Below, one piece after another: positions 1-8,188 of a DNA stretch of 64,000 nt. How positions within the stretch are numbered: position 1 is the stretch's first letter; each line of letters starts with the position of its first letter. Position numbers and translations under genes: made by a program. A model generated the notes under the pieces. It was not told the origin of the DNA and searched no databases. It was given only the letters and a program-made list of their open reading frames with translations. Source of the stretch: Firmicutes bacterium UBA5449 (lineage in GTDB: Bacteria; Bacillota; SHA-98; UBA4971); the NCBI GenBank assembly GCA_002424305.1, contig DIQZ01000035.1, positions 226,335 to 290,334 of the forward strand, given 5' to 3'.

Positions 1-140
1 TCAACCGTCACCATCTCTTGCAACTCTTGGACCGGACCGGGACCGATAATAAGATAGTTTTGTGCGAGATAACCTTGAATACTACCGATTACTATAAGCA
101 CTCCTATTACTCTCAGCCATACTCTTCTCTTCTTCTTCAC
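1..140 (-). CDS. ylbL: 5' part of a YlbL-like PDZ/Lon-type membrane protease (runs off the window)
   Basis: Not in the ORF track. GTG at 140 with GGAGG RBS translates as MKKKRRVWLRVIGVLIVIGSIQGYLAQNYLIIGPGPVQELQEMVTV (TM anchor plus YlbL-like 'Y..PG...L..V'); divergent from ylbJ as in the conserved locus. Confidence 0.6.
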   Translation of the reverse strand, partial: MKKKRRVWLRVIGVLIVIGSIQGYLAQNYLIIGPGPVQELQEMVTV

Positions 141-240
141 GTCATTTCCTCCGGGTATTACCCTAAATATCAGTGCACTCTTTTATCTATTCTACTTTTC
201 CATTGGTTATGATATTCCCCACCGAGGTCAAGGTCTGTGA

Positions 241-269
241 GCATATCCTAAGGTCAACTAAAATATACT
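241..269 (+). promoter_or_regulatory. Putative sigma-E promoter of ylbJ
   Basis: gcATA-N16-aATAtacT resembles the sigE consensus; ylbJ is sigE-controlled in B. subtilis. Confidence 0.4.
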
Positions 270-317
270 TGATTAGACAATCGGACAGCAAGAGCGATAT
301 AGGGGGGTTCGAGGCCC

Positions 318-1601
318 ATGATTAACCGGCGGCCTCTCACTCAAAGGACCACATATCTTGCGGCAGCGTGCGCCTTCTTTATCACTGTTATTATAGTAAT
401 ATACCCAAGCATAGCCTTTCAGGCGTCCATGGAAGGATTACGCGTATGGTGGGAGATTGTGTTTCCGGCGTTGCTCCCATTTTTCGTGGCTGTTGAAGTC
501 CTTATGGCCCTCGGCGTAGTCCACTTCCTTGGTGTTCTTTTGGAACCTCTCATGAGGCCGGTCTTTGATATTCCGGGAGTAGGAGCCTTTGCTTTAGCCA
601 TGGGTATCACCGGTGGATATCCCATTGGAGCAAAGATCACTGCAAACCTCAGAAGAAGAAGCCTGTGCAACCAAATAGAAGCAGAGCGATTAGCATCTTT
701 CACCAATACTGCAGATCCGCTTTTCATGTCAGGTGCTGTAGCAGTAGGAATGTTTCATTCTCCGGGCCTTGCAGGAGCCATATGCGGTGCTCACTACATC
801 TCCGCTATCATACTGGGAGTCTTGCTGAGACTGCATGGCGGATCCCAGGGACGACCGGTTCTGGAGGGCAGTGTCACCAAGGGGAATATTTTCAAGAGAG
901 CTATCCATGAACTCTACAAGGCACGACACGCAGACGGCAGACCTTTAGGGCAAGTTTTCGGGGATTCTGTCCGTGATTCCATGAGTAGCATTCTACTGAT
1001 TGGCGGCTTCATCATAATGTTCTCAGTAATCATCAAAGTTTTGTCTGTCTCCGGAATACTGAGGCTAATTGAATGGCCACTCACTGTCATCTTGCGTCCG
1101 TTTGGAATACAGAACACTCTGATCTCACCGATTATCAGCGGCTTGTTCGAAATCACCCTGGGAACAGAATTAGCAAGCAAGGCAGCTGCACCTTTAATTG
1201 AAAGGCTCATGGTAGCAAACGCAATGATAGCGTGGTCCGGATTATCAGTATTTGGGCAGGTATCTGCCATGGTATCAGGCACAGACATAAGGATGACACC
1301 TTACCTCGTATCTCGACTAATCCATGCGGTGATCGCAGCTCTCATAACACTGGCTATCACTAGTCCCTATGGACAGGGGATAGCAAGACTGGTGACACCT
1401 GTGTTTGTCCTAAGATTGGGTGCAACCCAAGCCCCATTCTACCTTAAGCTTCTTGTGTCGTTCGCACAGCTTCTCAAAACAGTAGGCATCATGGTAGGAC
1501 TGTCTGTTATTATGTGGTTCTTCCAGCGAATACAACTGATCTTCATAAGAGTCAAAGGCGTTAGGCGGAGCTCTTCTCGAGTTCCTCGACTCCGCGTCTG
1601 A
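318..1601 (+). CDS. ylbJ: Sporulation integral membrane protein YlbJ
   Basis: Multi-TM protein with WWEIVFPALLPFF, GYPIGAK, FTNTADPLFMSGAVAVG and GLFEITLG motifs; next to coaD/rsmD. Confidence 0.9.
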   Translation: MINRRPLTQRTTYLAAACAFFITVIIVIYPSIAFQASMEGLRVWWEIVFPALLPFFVAVEVLMALGVVHFLGVLLEPLMRPVFDIPGVGAFALAMGITGGYPIGAKITANLRRRSLCNQIEAERLASFTNTADPLFMSGAVAVGMFHSPGLAGAICGAHYISAIILGVLLRLHGGSQGRPVLEGSVTKGNIFKRAIHELYKARHADGRPLGQVFGDSVRDSMSSILLIGGFIIMFSVIIKVLSVSGILRLIEWPLTVILRPFGIQNTLISPIISGLFEITLGTELASKAAAPLIERLMVANAMIAWSGLSVFGQVSAMVSGTDIRMTPYLVSRLIHAVIAALITLAITSPYGQGIARLVTPVFVLRLGATQAPFYLKLLVSFAQLLKTVGIMVGLSVIMWFFQRIQLIFIRVKGVRRSSSRVPRLRV

Positions 1602-2019
1602 CCACTTCCAAGGCTCTGTCAAGGTTTTCTTCCAGTTTCGAAAGGACATCAGCCGCATATTGAGAAGCGCCTTTCCGAATGTCTTCAGCCTCCAGCTTCG
1701 CTTCATCAACAATCCGCTTCGACTCTATCTCTGCAGCTTTGACAACCTCTTCCTTGGAAACCATGGATTTCAAATACTCGCCTGCAGACTCTCTGAGACT
1801 TTGGCCTTCACGGGTAGCTTCAGAGATAATCTTGTCTCTCTCTTTCAGCAATTCTTCTGCTTTTTTGACTTCATCCGGGAGAGAGATCCGCACCTGATCA
1901 AGTATCTCCAAAACGTCATAAGCATCTACCAACACCTTGTTGGTCAACGGCATTCTCTTACCTTCTTCAATCGTCCCCTCCAACCTGTCCAGGAGCTCAA
2001 CTAACCCTATCTTCCCCAC
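1561..2019 (-). CDS. Conserved coiled-coil protein (DivIVA-like / ATP-synthase-b-like) downstream of coaD
   Basis: LDRLEGTIEEGKRMPLTNKVLVD...SLPDEVKKA followed by a long coiled coil; usual clostridial position; GAGGAGG RBS. Confidence 0.75.
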   Translation of the reverse strand: MGKIGLVELLDRLEGTIEEGKRMPLTNKVLVDAYDVLEILDQVRISLPDEVKKAEELLKERDKIISEATREGQSLRESAGEYLKSMVSKEEVVKAAEIESKRIVDEAKLEAEDIRKGASQYAADVLSKLEENLDRALEVVRRGVEELEKSSA

Positions 2020-2048
2020 CCTGGCTCTTCCTCCTCATTCCGAAAAAT

Positions 2049-2531
2049 CTATGTCTGTCGACTGTACTTCTTAACGAGCATCCCCACTACATGACAAGGA
2101 ACGAACCCCTTCACACACCCTCCAAGGCTCGCCACTTCTTTCACTGCACTTGAGCTCAAGTAGGCGTACTCATTACCGGTCATCATAAATACAGTCTCTA
2201 TGTCACCGATTTTCTTATTTATTGATGCCATCTGGAATTCATATTCGAAATCCGATAAGGCTCGCAATCCCCTTAAGATAGCAGTAGCTTGTTGCACATG
2301 GGCAAATTCCACAAGGAGGCCCTTAAAACATGAAACCTCCACGTTTGGAAGGTGCCCCAGAGATTTCTCCAACATCGAGATGCGTTCTTCAAGAGTGAAA
2401 AGCGGCTCCTTACCGGGATTTTTGGCCACTGCTACAATAAGCTTGTCAAATAGTTTAGCACCACGCTCCACAATATCTAAGTGACCGTTGGTCACCGGAT
2501 CAAAACTACCTGGGTATACTGCGACATTCAT
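2049..2531 (-). CDS. coaD: Pantetheine-phosphate adenylyltransferase
   Basis: YPGSFDPVTNGHLDI, RGLRALSDFEYE, LSSSAVKE; start moved to the ATG at 2531 (GGAGG RBS). Confidence 0.97.
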   Translation of the reverse strand: MNVAVYPGSFDPVTNGHLDIVERGAKLFDKLIVAVAKNPGKEPLFTLEERISMLEKSLGHLPNVEVSCFKGLLVEFAHVQQATAILRGLRALSDFEYEFQMASINKKIGDIETVFMMTGNEYAYLSSSAVKEVASLGGCVKGFVPCHVVGMLVKKYSRQT

Positions 2532-2577
2532 TATGACGGCCTCCATGTATAGCTGTGGGAAAGGCCCGACGTAAGCC

Positions 2578-3132
2578 TCACCTTCCGAACATGTAGAAAG
2601 ATACTACGGTATCGCCGTACCTTTCCTGTCTGGTCAATTCCAAATCCCCGAAAACTCCTGACATTTCTTGCCTACGCTCGTGACGTGCAACAATGATACC
2701 GTCCTGATCCAGCAGCTTGTGAGTGGACAGGATATCCAAGGTCACAGGCACCAGCCCGTGTTCATATGGCGGATCCACAAAAACTATGTGAAACACTTCC
2801 TGCTGTCGATGTAAGAATGGCATGACCCTTCTCACATCGCCTTGGATGACTTCAGCCTGAGAGGCAAGAGCCGTGAGATTGAGATTCTTGTGGATTACCC
2901 GAATCATTCTGGGCGAGCATTCCACAAAAGTCGTCCATTCCGCTCCCTGACTCAATGCTTCAATCCCGATTGCCCCTGTCCCGGCAAACAAATCAAGGCA
3001 CCTGGAATTAGGTATGTAGGGAGTCAGAATATTAAACAGTGATTCCTTTACATTATCAGAAATAGGGCGAGTCCTTGCGCTGCCTGCTCCAACTAAGCGA
3101 CGGCCCTTAGCGACTCCCCCGATAACCCGCAT
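2578..3132 (-). CDS. rsmD: 16S rRNA m2G966 methyltransferase
   Basis: MRVIGG.AKGR, TRP..D.VKESLFN, LDLFAGTGAIGIEALS, DPPY; ATG at 3132 with GGAGGTG RBS. Confidence 0.95.
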   Translation of the reverse strand: MRVIGGVAKGRRLVGAGSARTRPISDNVKESLFNILTPYIPNSRCLDLFAGTGAIGIEALSQGAEWTTFVECSPRMIRVIHKNLNLTALASQAEVIQGDVRRVMPFLHRQQEVFHIVFVDPPYEHGLVPVTLDILSTHKLLDQDGIIVARHERRQEMSGVFGDLELTRQERYGDTVVSFYMFGR

Positions 3133-3175
3133 GAAATAAACACCTCCGATGGAACTAATTACCATGAAGGTACCT

Positions 3176-3204
3176 GCATATAACGCCCGGCCACGCACAA
3201 ACTA
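3176..3204 (+). promoter_or_regulatory. Putative sigma-G/sigma-F promoter of the CsfG-like sRNA
   Basis: GCATA-N17-CAAACTA, close to the sigG consensus GHATR-N17/18-CATHHTA. Confidence 0.5.
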
Positions 3205-3209
3205 CAATC

Positions 3210-3336
3210 GAAAGAAGAGCCGAGGATAAACGGCACCTGGGCGGTGCCGGGGTTCTAAAACCCTCCCCCATAAGCTCTTCCTCCGGTTTCTCCTCTCCCA
3301 CGGGATGACGGTCGTAAGACCGTCATCTTATATTTC
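3210..3336 (+). ncRNA. csfG: CsfG-like sporulation sRNA (locus also known as the ylbH leader)
   Basis: Divergent from rsmD (ylbH); stems GAAGAGC/GCTCTTC and CGGCACC/GGTGCCG; pyrimidine-rich CCCTCCCCC and CTCCTCTCCC motifs; 10-bp terminator hairpin at 3304-3327. Confidence 0.65.
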
Positions 3337-3402
3337 TTCCTCACTACCGTTATGCTTAAAAGTCTTACAGCGCACGATCAGGCACAAACTCTAATCTTAA
3401 TC

Positions 3403-5175
3403 TCACTCCGCAGAAATAATGTAATAGTAAATAGGTTGCCCGCCATAGTGGACCTCAATCTCTAAGTACGGATAAATATCGGCAAGACGTTCCGTCAATT
3501 CGTTTGCGCTTTCAGAGTGCACATCCTCTCCGTGATATATGGTTATGAGAGAAGTATCAGAGTCTACCATCTGGCTTACAAGGTTCATCGCTACTTCGTT
3601 CCGGTCTTTCCCTGTTGCACACAGTTCACCGTCTCTTATTCCGATAAAATCTTTCTCATCAATGCTAAACCCATTTACATTAGAAGCGCGAACTGCATAG
3701 GTGACTTCACCTGTAATTACCTGTGGTATCATGTCCTTCATAGACTGTGAGTTAGATTGAGCGTCTACCGCAGGGTTATAGGTGACAAGAGCAGCAACCC
3801 CTTGGGGAATTGTCTTCGTCGGAACTACCACAATGTCTATATCAGGCACAAGCTCCCGTACCTTATCTGCAGTAAGAATCACATTGCTGTTGTTCGGCAG
3901 AATGATAACACTCTTTGCAGAGACCTTATAGACAGCGTCCCTCAGCTCCTCAATACTTGGGTTCATTGTCTGTCCGCCTTCGACAACAACATCAGCACCC
4001 AGGCTTTTTAGAATAGCCGTGAGACCTTCTCCGATAGTAACTGCTACAACTCCTACAGGTCTTTCCATCTTTCGTTCTTTAGGATTAGCCGCATCTTGCG
4101 AACTGACGCCTGCATCAAGATCCTCTTCTTTATGTGGATCGGACAGGCCGGGTTCGTTATGCTGCAACCTTGCCTCTTCGAATTCGTTATGTTGGTAAGC
4201 CATATTGTCTATCTTTATCTCATGCAGTTCACCTGTGCGAATACAGTGCTCCAGCACTTGACCGGGATGGTTTGTGTGGATGTGGACCTTTGCCACATCA
4301 CTCGTGCCCACAACCAGGACACAATCCCCAGATTTAGCCAAGTCGTGCCTAAGCGTATCGAGAGGCAAATTTTTACCTTTCACAAGGAATTCAGTGCAGT
4401 ACCTAAACTCAAGATCTTCTTTTGCTGTTTCCTTGATCTTCTTTACAGCCGGTGCAGCATCTGATTTTCCCGGAACTACAACCAGAGGCTCTCGCCTTGC
4501 GAACACTGTTTCCCCTCGAATTGACTTTGTAAGCCCCTCCCAGAAGAATACAAGACCTTGACCACCTGCGTCCACAACACCCGCCTCTTTAAGCATAGGA
4601 AGCAACTCAGGAGTCTCTTCCAATGTCTTCTGTGAATCCGCAAGCACCTTCTCTATCGCTGACACTATGTCCAGATCCATTCTCCTGCATTCCGCAGCAG
4701 AACGAGCAGCTCCGCGAGCTACAGTAAGCATAGTGCCTTCTACCGGTTTCATAACTGCTTTATACGCCATGGACGCCGCTGCTTGCAGCCCTCGAGTAAG
4801 TCCTGGCACGTCCAAGGTTGTTTTGCCTTCAACACCTTTTGCGAACCCTCGTAGGAGCTGCGAGAGTATGACACCTGAATTTCCCCTCGCTCCCATTAGC
4901 GAGCCCAGTGCCACCGCTTCAGCTACATCAGACAGCGATTTATACTGAGCTTTATTAATTTCCCGCACAGCAGCGAGGAGTGTCAGATGCATATTTGTGC
5001 CTGTATCTCCGTCAGGAACCGGAAATACATTCAGCGCATTAACAAGTTCCTTATTTGCGCCAAGCCACTCCGTCCCAGCAGCGATCGCACGTGCGAAGTC
5101 TTCCGCATCAAGTAAACTCCGCCCCAACGGGTTACCCCCCTGTCGCCGGTCACTCACGCTCATCCTCTTGGACAT
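3403..5175 (-). CDS. fakA: DAK2-domain fatty acid kinase subunit A (YloV/FakA)
   Basis: NVFPVPDGDTGTNM, GARGNSGVILSQ, VDAGGQG, YCTEF, HIHTNHPG, GGQTMNPS, GGQPIYYY. Confidence 0.93.
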   Translation of the reverse strand: MSKRMSVSDRRQGGNPLGRSLLDAEDFARAIAAGTEWLGANKELVNALNVFPVPDGDTGTNMHLTLLAAVREINKAQYKSLSDVAEAVALGSLMGARGNSGVILSQLLRGFAKGVEGKTTLDVPGLTRGLQAAASMAYKAVMKPVEGTMLTVARGAARSAAECRRMDLDIVSAIEKVLADSQKTLEETPELLPMLKEAGVVDAGGQGLVFFWEGLTKSIRGETVFARREPLVVVPGKSDAAPAVKKIKETAKEDLEFRYCTEFLVKGKNLPLDTLRHDLAKSGDCVLVVGTSDVAKVHIHTNHPGQVLEHCIRTGELHEIKIDNMAYQHNEFEEARLQHNEPGLSDPHKEEDLDAGVSSQDAANPKERKMERPVGVVAVTIGEGLTAILKSLGADVVVEGGQTMNPSIEELRDAVYKVSAKSVIILPNNSNVILTADKVRELVPDIDIVVVPTKTIPQGVAALVTYNPAVDAQSNSQSMKDMIPQVITGEVTYAVRASNVNGFSIDEKDFIGIRDGELCATGKDRNEVAMNLVSQMVDSDTSLITIYHGEDVHSESANELTERLADIYPYLEIEVHYGGQPIYYYIISAE

Positions 5176-5527
5176 GCGTCACCCTCACACCTTGTACCGT
5201 AATATTTACTCTTGAAACCTTAAGGCCTGTCATGCTCTCTACAACATACCTGACCTTATTCATGACATTGTGAGCCACTTCAGTAATCTTCGTTCCGTAC
5301 TCAACTATGATATAGAGGCCGACAACGACCTCATCCCCGGAAAGCCTTACTTCCACGCCTCGACTCATGTTATCCATACCGAGAAGTTCGGCTATTCCGT
5401 CTTGAATGTTTCTTGACGCCATCCCCACAAGGCCATAACACTCAGTTGCAGCCATACCGCTGATGAGGGCTATCACCTCGTCAGAGATGGTAATCTGGCC
5501 CAGCTCGGTGCTGACATCTCTTCCCAT
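5150..5527 (-). CDS. yloU: Asp23/Gls24 family protein (YloU)
   Basis: ISDEVIA...ECYGLVGM...GVEV...YGTKI; lies between rpmB and the DAK2 gene. Confidence 0.92.
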   Translation of the reverse strand: MGRDVSTELGQITISDEVIALISGMAATECYGLVGMASRNIQDGIAELLGMDNMSRGVEVRLSGDEVVVGLYIIVEYGTKITEVAHNVMNKVRYVVESMTGLKVSRVNITVQGVRVTHVQEDERE

Positions 5528-5671
5528 TTACCTCGCTACCCCCTGCCTCGGCCATTCGGCAGCAAAGACGACTGTCCTTCTATTTCTCCGCTACTTGAGA
5601 AATTCCTTTTACGTAATTCTATTCATATCCCTTATACCTTCAGAAATACGTCCCGTTGAAATAGAACCTTC

Positions 5672-5700
5672 TTGCTCTGCCCGCGCTGCTATGATACAAT
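5672..5700 (+). promoter_or_regulatory. Sigma-A promoter of rpmB
   Basis: TTGCTC-N17-TACAAT with extended -10 TG. Confidence 0.6.
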
Positions 5701-5739
5701 ACGCGGGAGGTCTTTTCAAGATGGGAGGTGCTAATAGAT

Positions 5740-5931
5740 ATGGCATGTCGATGTGATGTATGTGGAAAAGAACCAAAAGTAGGCAAGCAAATAAGCCACT
5801 CTCACAAGTCCTCTTCTCGGAGATGGCTTCCAAATATCCGCCGCGTAAGAGCATATGTAAACGGTCAGACAAAGCGAATCAAAGTATGCACAAGGTGTCT
5901 CCGTTCAGGAAAAGTTGAACGTGCTCGATAA
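5740..5931 (+). CDS. rpmB: 50S ribosomal protein L28 (Zn-ribbon form)
   Basis: MACRCDVCGK...SHSH..S.RRWLPN...VCTRCLRSGKV; ATG at 5740 after GGAGGTG. Confidence 0.95.
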   Translation: MACRCDVCGKEPKVGKQISHSHKSSSRRWLPNIRRVRAYVNGQTKRIKVCTRCLRSGKVERAR

Positions 5932-6068
5932 ACACAAGTGTTGCATAATAGAATCAGTTTTTCTCTTTATTCGATGGGCCCTTGGATTTTTCTGTAAAGG
6001 CTCGTCGAATTTTCTTATCAGGCTTGTAATGATCATAAAGGTCTTGTGATTAGGTATTGTTCGGTAAC

Positions 6069-7046
6069 TTACCACACAAATTTTACATTGTCTACCATAG
6101 AAAGCCATGCCCAACCACAGAATTCGAATCTTATTGATTTGATATACGTAGGCCTTGGAACCAATGCACTCAGATTGTACGACTTCTGAGTCCACTTCCC
6201 TGCCTCAACAAATTCAGCAAAACCGGCAATTCCACCTTCAACCGGCAAATAGTAGTAGTATGCTTTTACAAAAGAATGCTCTGTTCCGTCCTTGTCAAGA
6301 TAGGTGACTACAACCTTCAGAGGATATGTGTCACCCGGAGCATACTGCTTAAGCGTGTAATCACCGATTAAGGCATCAAATGATAAGAATATCAAGCCTG
6401 ACAACGGGACCTCTGCGTCAATAGCCTGCTCCAGACTGCATGAACCCATCTCAAAAGTAGGCGGGCGGGACACTCTAAGAACATGCTCCCTATCTTTGTC
6501 TGCAACTACGCTCCACTGAGCAGATCGAGATCCCCTGTCTTCTGTGTGGACCCATGTCCAACCACTGATATCTCCTGTAGCAAACCCACCGTTCCTTGGC
6601 ATTTCCACAGGAGACGGAGGACTTTGGCTGGTAGTGAAAGACCATTCAAAACCCTGCTGAAGCTCGGTATTCTTAAGATTCTTTGCACCCTTTTGAACTG
6701 TCACTCTATACGTAGTGGAATACCTTAGCGGACGAGCAGGAGTAATCACCAAGACTGAACTATCATGGAGAAACTGCCAGCTCGCAGGATAAGCCAACTC
6801 CGGAGTGGGAGATATGGCAACAGCTTGGATTGCCGAAAGCTCGTCCATAGGCTCACTGAAAACAATATGTATTGAAGTGTCGATAGCGACATATTCCATT
6901 CCATGAGACGGATAGACCTGTACAACCCTGGGGATTCCAGCCTGGGATCCGGGGTTTTCAGCTACAGCCTTCACGGAACATGCCATTCCAAGAACCAATG
7001 CAAGTAGTACACAGACCAGTACCCCACGGCAGATCTTTCGGTACAT
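6069..7046 (-). CDS. Secreted protein with an Ig-like (Big_5-type) domain and a C-terminal beta-sandwich
   Basis: Signal peptide; 'P...V..DT.I.I.FSEPMD', 'TP..PL.YST.Y.V'; NGGFATG...W start typical of CBM-like domains. Confidence 0.65.
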   Translation of the reverse strand: MYRKICRGVLVCVLLALVLGMACSVKAVAENPGSQAGIPRVVQVYPSHGMEYVAIDTSIHIVFSEPMDELSAIQAVAISPTPELAYPASWQFLHDSSVLVITPARPLRYSTTYRVTVQKGAKNLKNTELQQGFEWSFTTSQSPPSPVEMPRNGGFATGDISGWTWVHTEDRGSRSAQWSVVADKDREHVLRVSRPPTFEMGSCSLEQAIDAEVPLSGLIFLSFDALIGDYTLKQYAPGDTYPLKVVVTYLDKDGTEHSFVKAYYYYLPVEGGIAGFAEFVEAGKWTQKSYNLSALVPRPTYIKSIRFEFCGWAWLSMVDNVKFVW

Positions 7047-7163
7047 TAGGTTGCCTCCTTTTGCGTTACCCGCTTTCCACCAAAGATAATTAGGGGTTTA
7101 TACATTCTCTCCTCTATCTAACTAAGTTTCGCCGTGGACTCATAATCTCCTGCTATAGACACA

Positions 7164-7724
7164 TCACCATCTACAGGACACAAGTTCTGATCCATCGTCT
7201 ATATGGACAATCTTGATGACTTCGTCCTCTATGATTGCAACTGTTCCTCTTCTTTCAACCGTCTTAGGCAGGGACGGGCTGCCGGGATTGACTATCACAC
7301 CGCCGCCGTCCCCAAAAGGCTTAGATATCCGGGGAATATGGGTATGGCCGGCCACGATAAGGTCTAACCTATATCGCCTCATCAATTCTGCCAGTTGCTC
7401 ATCGGACGTCATATGCCCATGAGAGACCATTATGAACTTGTCTCCGGCGATGACAATTGCATAAGGCGCTTGAATAGGTACATCTATGACTACCTGATCA
7501 ATCTCTGCGTCACAGTTGCCCCTTGCAATGACAATCCTCCCGGGATACTGATTAATGGCGTCAGCCAGGTGTTTAGCATCATGTCCATATGGCAGAGGGT
7601 TTCGCGGACCATGATACAACACGTCTCCCGCATGGATAAGCAAATCTACATTACCGAGCGTATGAAGAGATTGCTTCCATGCAGACAATGAACCATGAGT
7701 ATCGCTCATGACACCTAATCTCAT
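7164..7724 (-). CDS. yfcE: YfcE-family metallophosphodiesterase
   Basis: SDTHG, HAGDVLYHGPRN, RGNCD, HGH, GHTHIP, NPGS. Confidence 0.9.
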   Translation of the reverse strand: MRLGVMSDTHGSLSAWKQSLHTLGNVDLLIHAGDVLYHGPRNPLPYGHDAKHLADAINQYPGRIVIARGNCDAEIDQVVIDVPIQAPYAIVIAGDKFIMVSHGHMTSDEQLAELMRRYRLDLIVAGHTHIPRISKPFGDGGGVIVNPGSPSLPKTVERRGTVAIIEDEVIKIVHIDDGSELVSCRW

Positions 7725-7751
7725 AGACTCTCCCCTTCCACCATCTTAGAT

Positions 7752-8186
7752 CTAATCCGAAAGTTGCTTTCTGGCCAGTGTTACGAGGTTACTGTCATAC
7801 TTCAACATAGATACGGCGACCTTCCAAGGAACAAACCCGGCAGATGAGATCCCCTCTTCTCTCTGTGGCTCGGCATGTGGAGGAGCTCCGTCATCACTTT
7901 GCATCGCTGTTCCCGCATACCAATGAACAGTCTTGTCCACAAGCTCGCCGGTTACGTCTGAGAGATATGTGTACTCAGTCGTGCCCAATGAACATGTGAT
8001 GCCCGCTTCTACACTTGTCTCCTCCAGCACCTCTCTTAGAGCAGCCTGGTGGGGTGTCTCAAAAGGCTCTATTTTGCCTTTAGGCAGAACCCATTCACCA
8101 TACCGGTTCAAGATGATAAGAACGCTGTCATCGGCAAATACGACAATACCTGCACTCACCTCACTCGCTCGAGTCTCCTTACCCAA
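7752..8186 (-). CDS. NUDIX hydrolase (Ap4A-hydrolase-like)
   Basis: WVLPKGKIEPFETPHQAALREVLEETSV Nudix box; probable TTG start at 8186, just after the ileS stop. Confidence 0.85.
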   Translation of the reverse strand: MGKETRASEVSAGIVVFADDSVLIILNRYGEWVLPKGKIEPFETPHQAALREVLEETSVEAGITCSLGTTEYTYLSDVTGELVDKTVHWYAGTAMQSDDGAPPHAEPQREEGISSAGFVPWKVAVSMLKYDSNLVTLARKQLSD

Positions 8187-8188
8187 GT

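Noticed and set aside
1561..1601. 41-nt convergent overlap of ylbJ with the coiled-coil gene
   Set aside because: Short 3' overlaps of convergent genes are common.
3210..3336. 6S RNA or tRNA-Sec
   Set aside because: Too short for 6S and no tRNA arms; position and motifs fit CsfG/ylbH.
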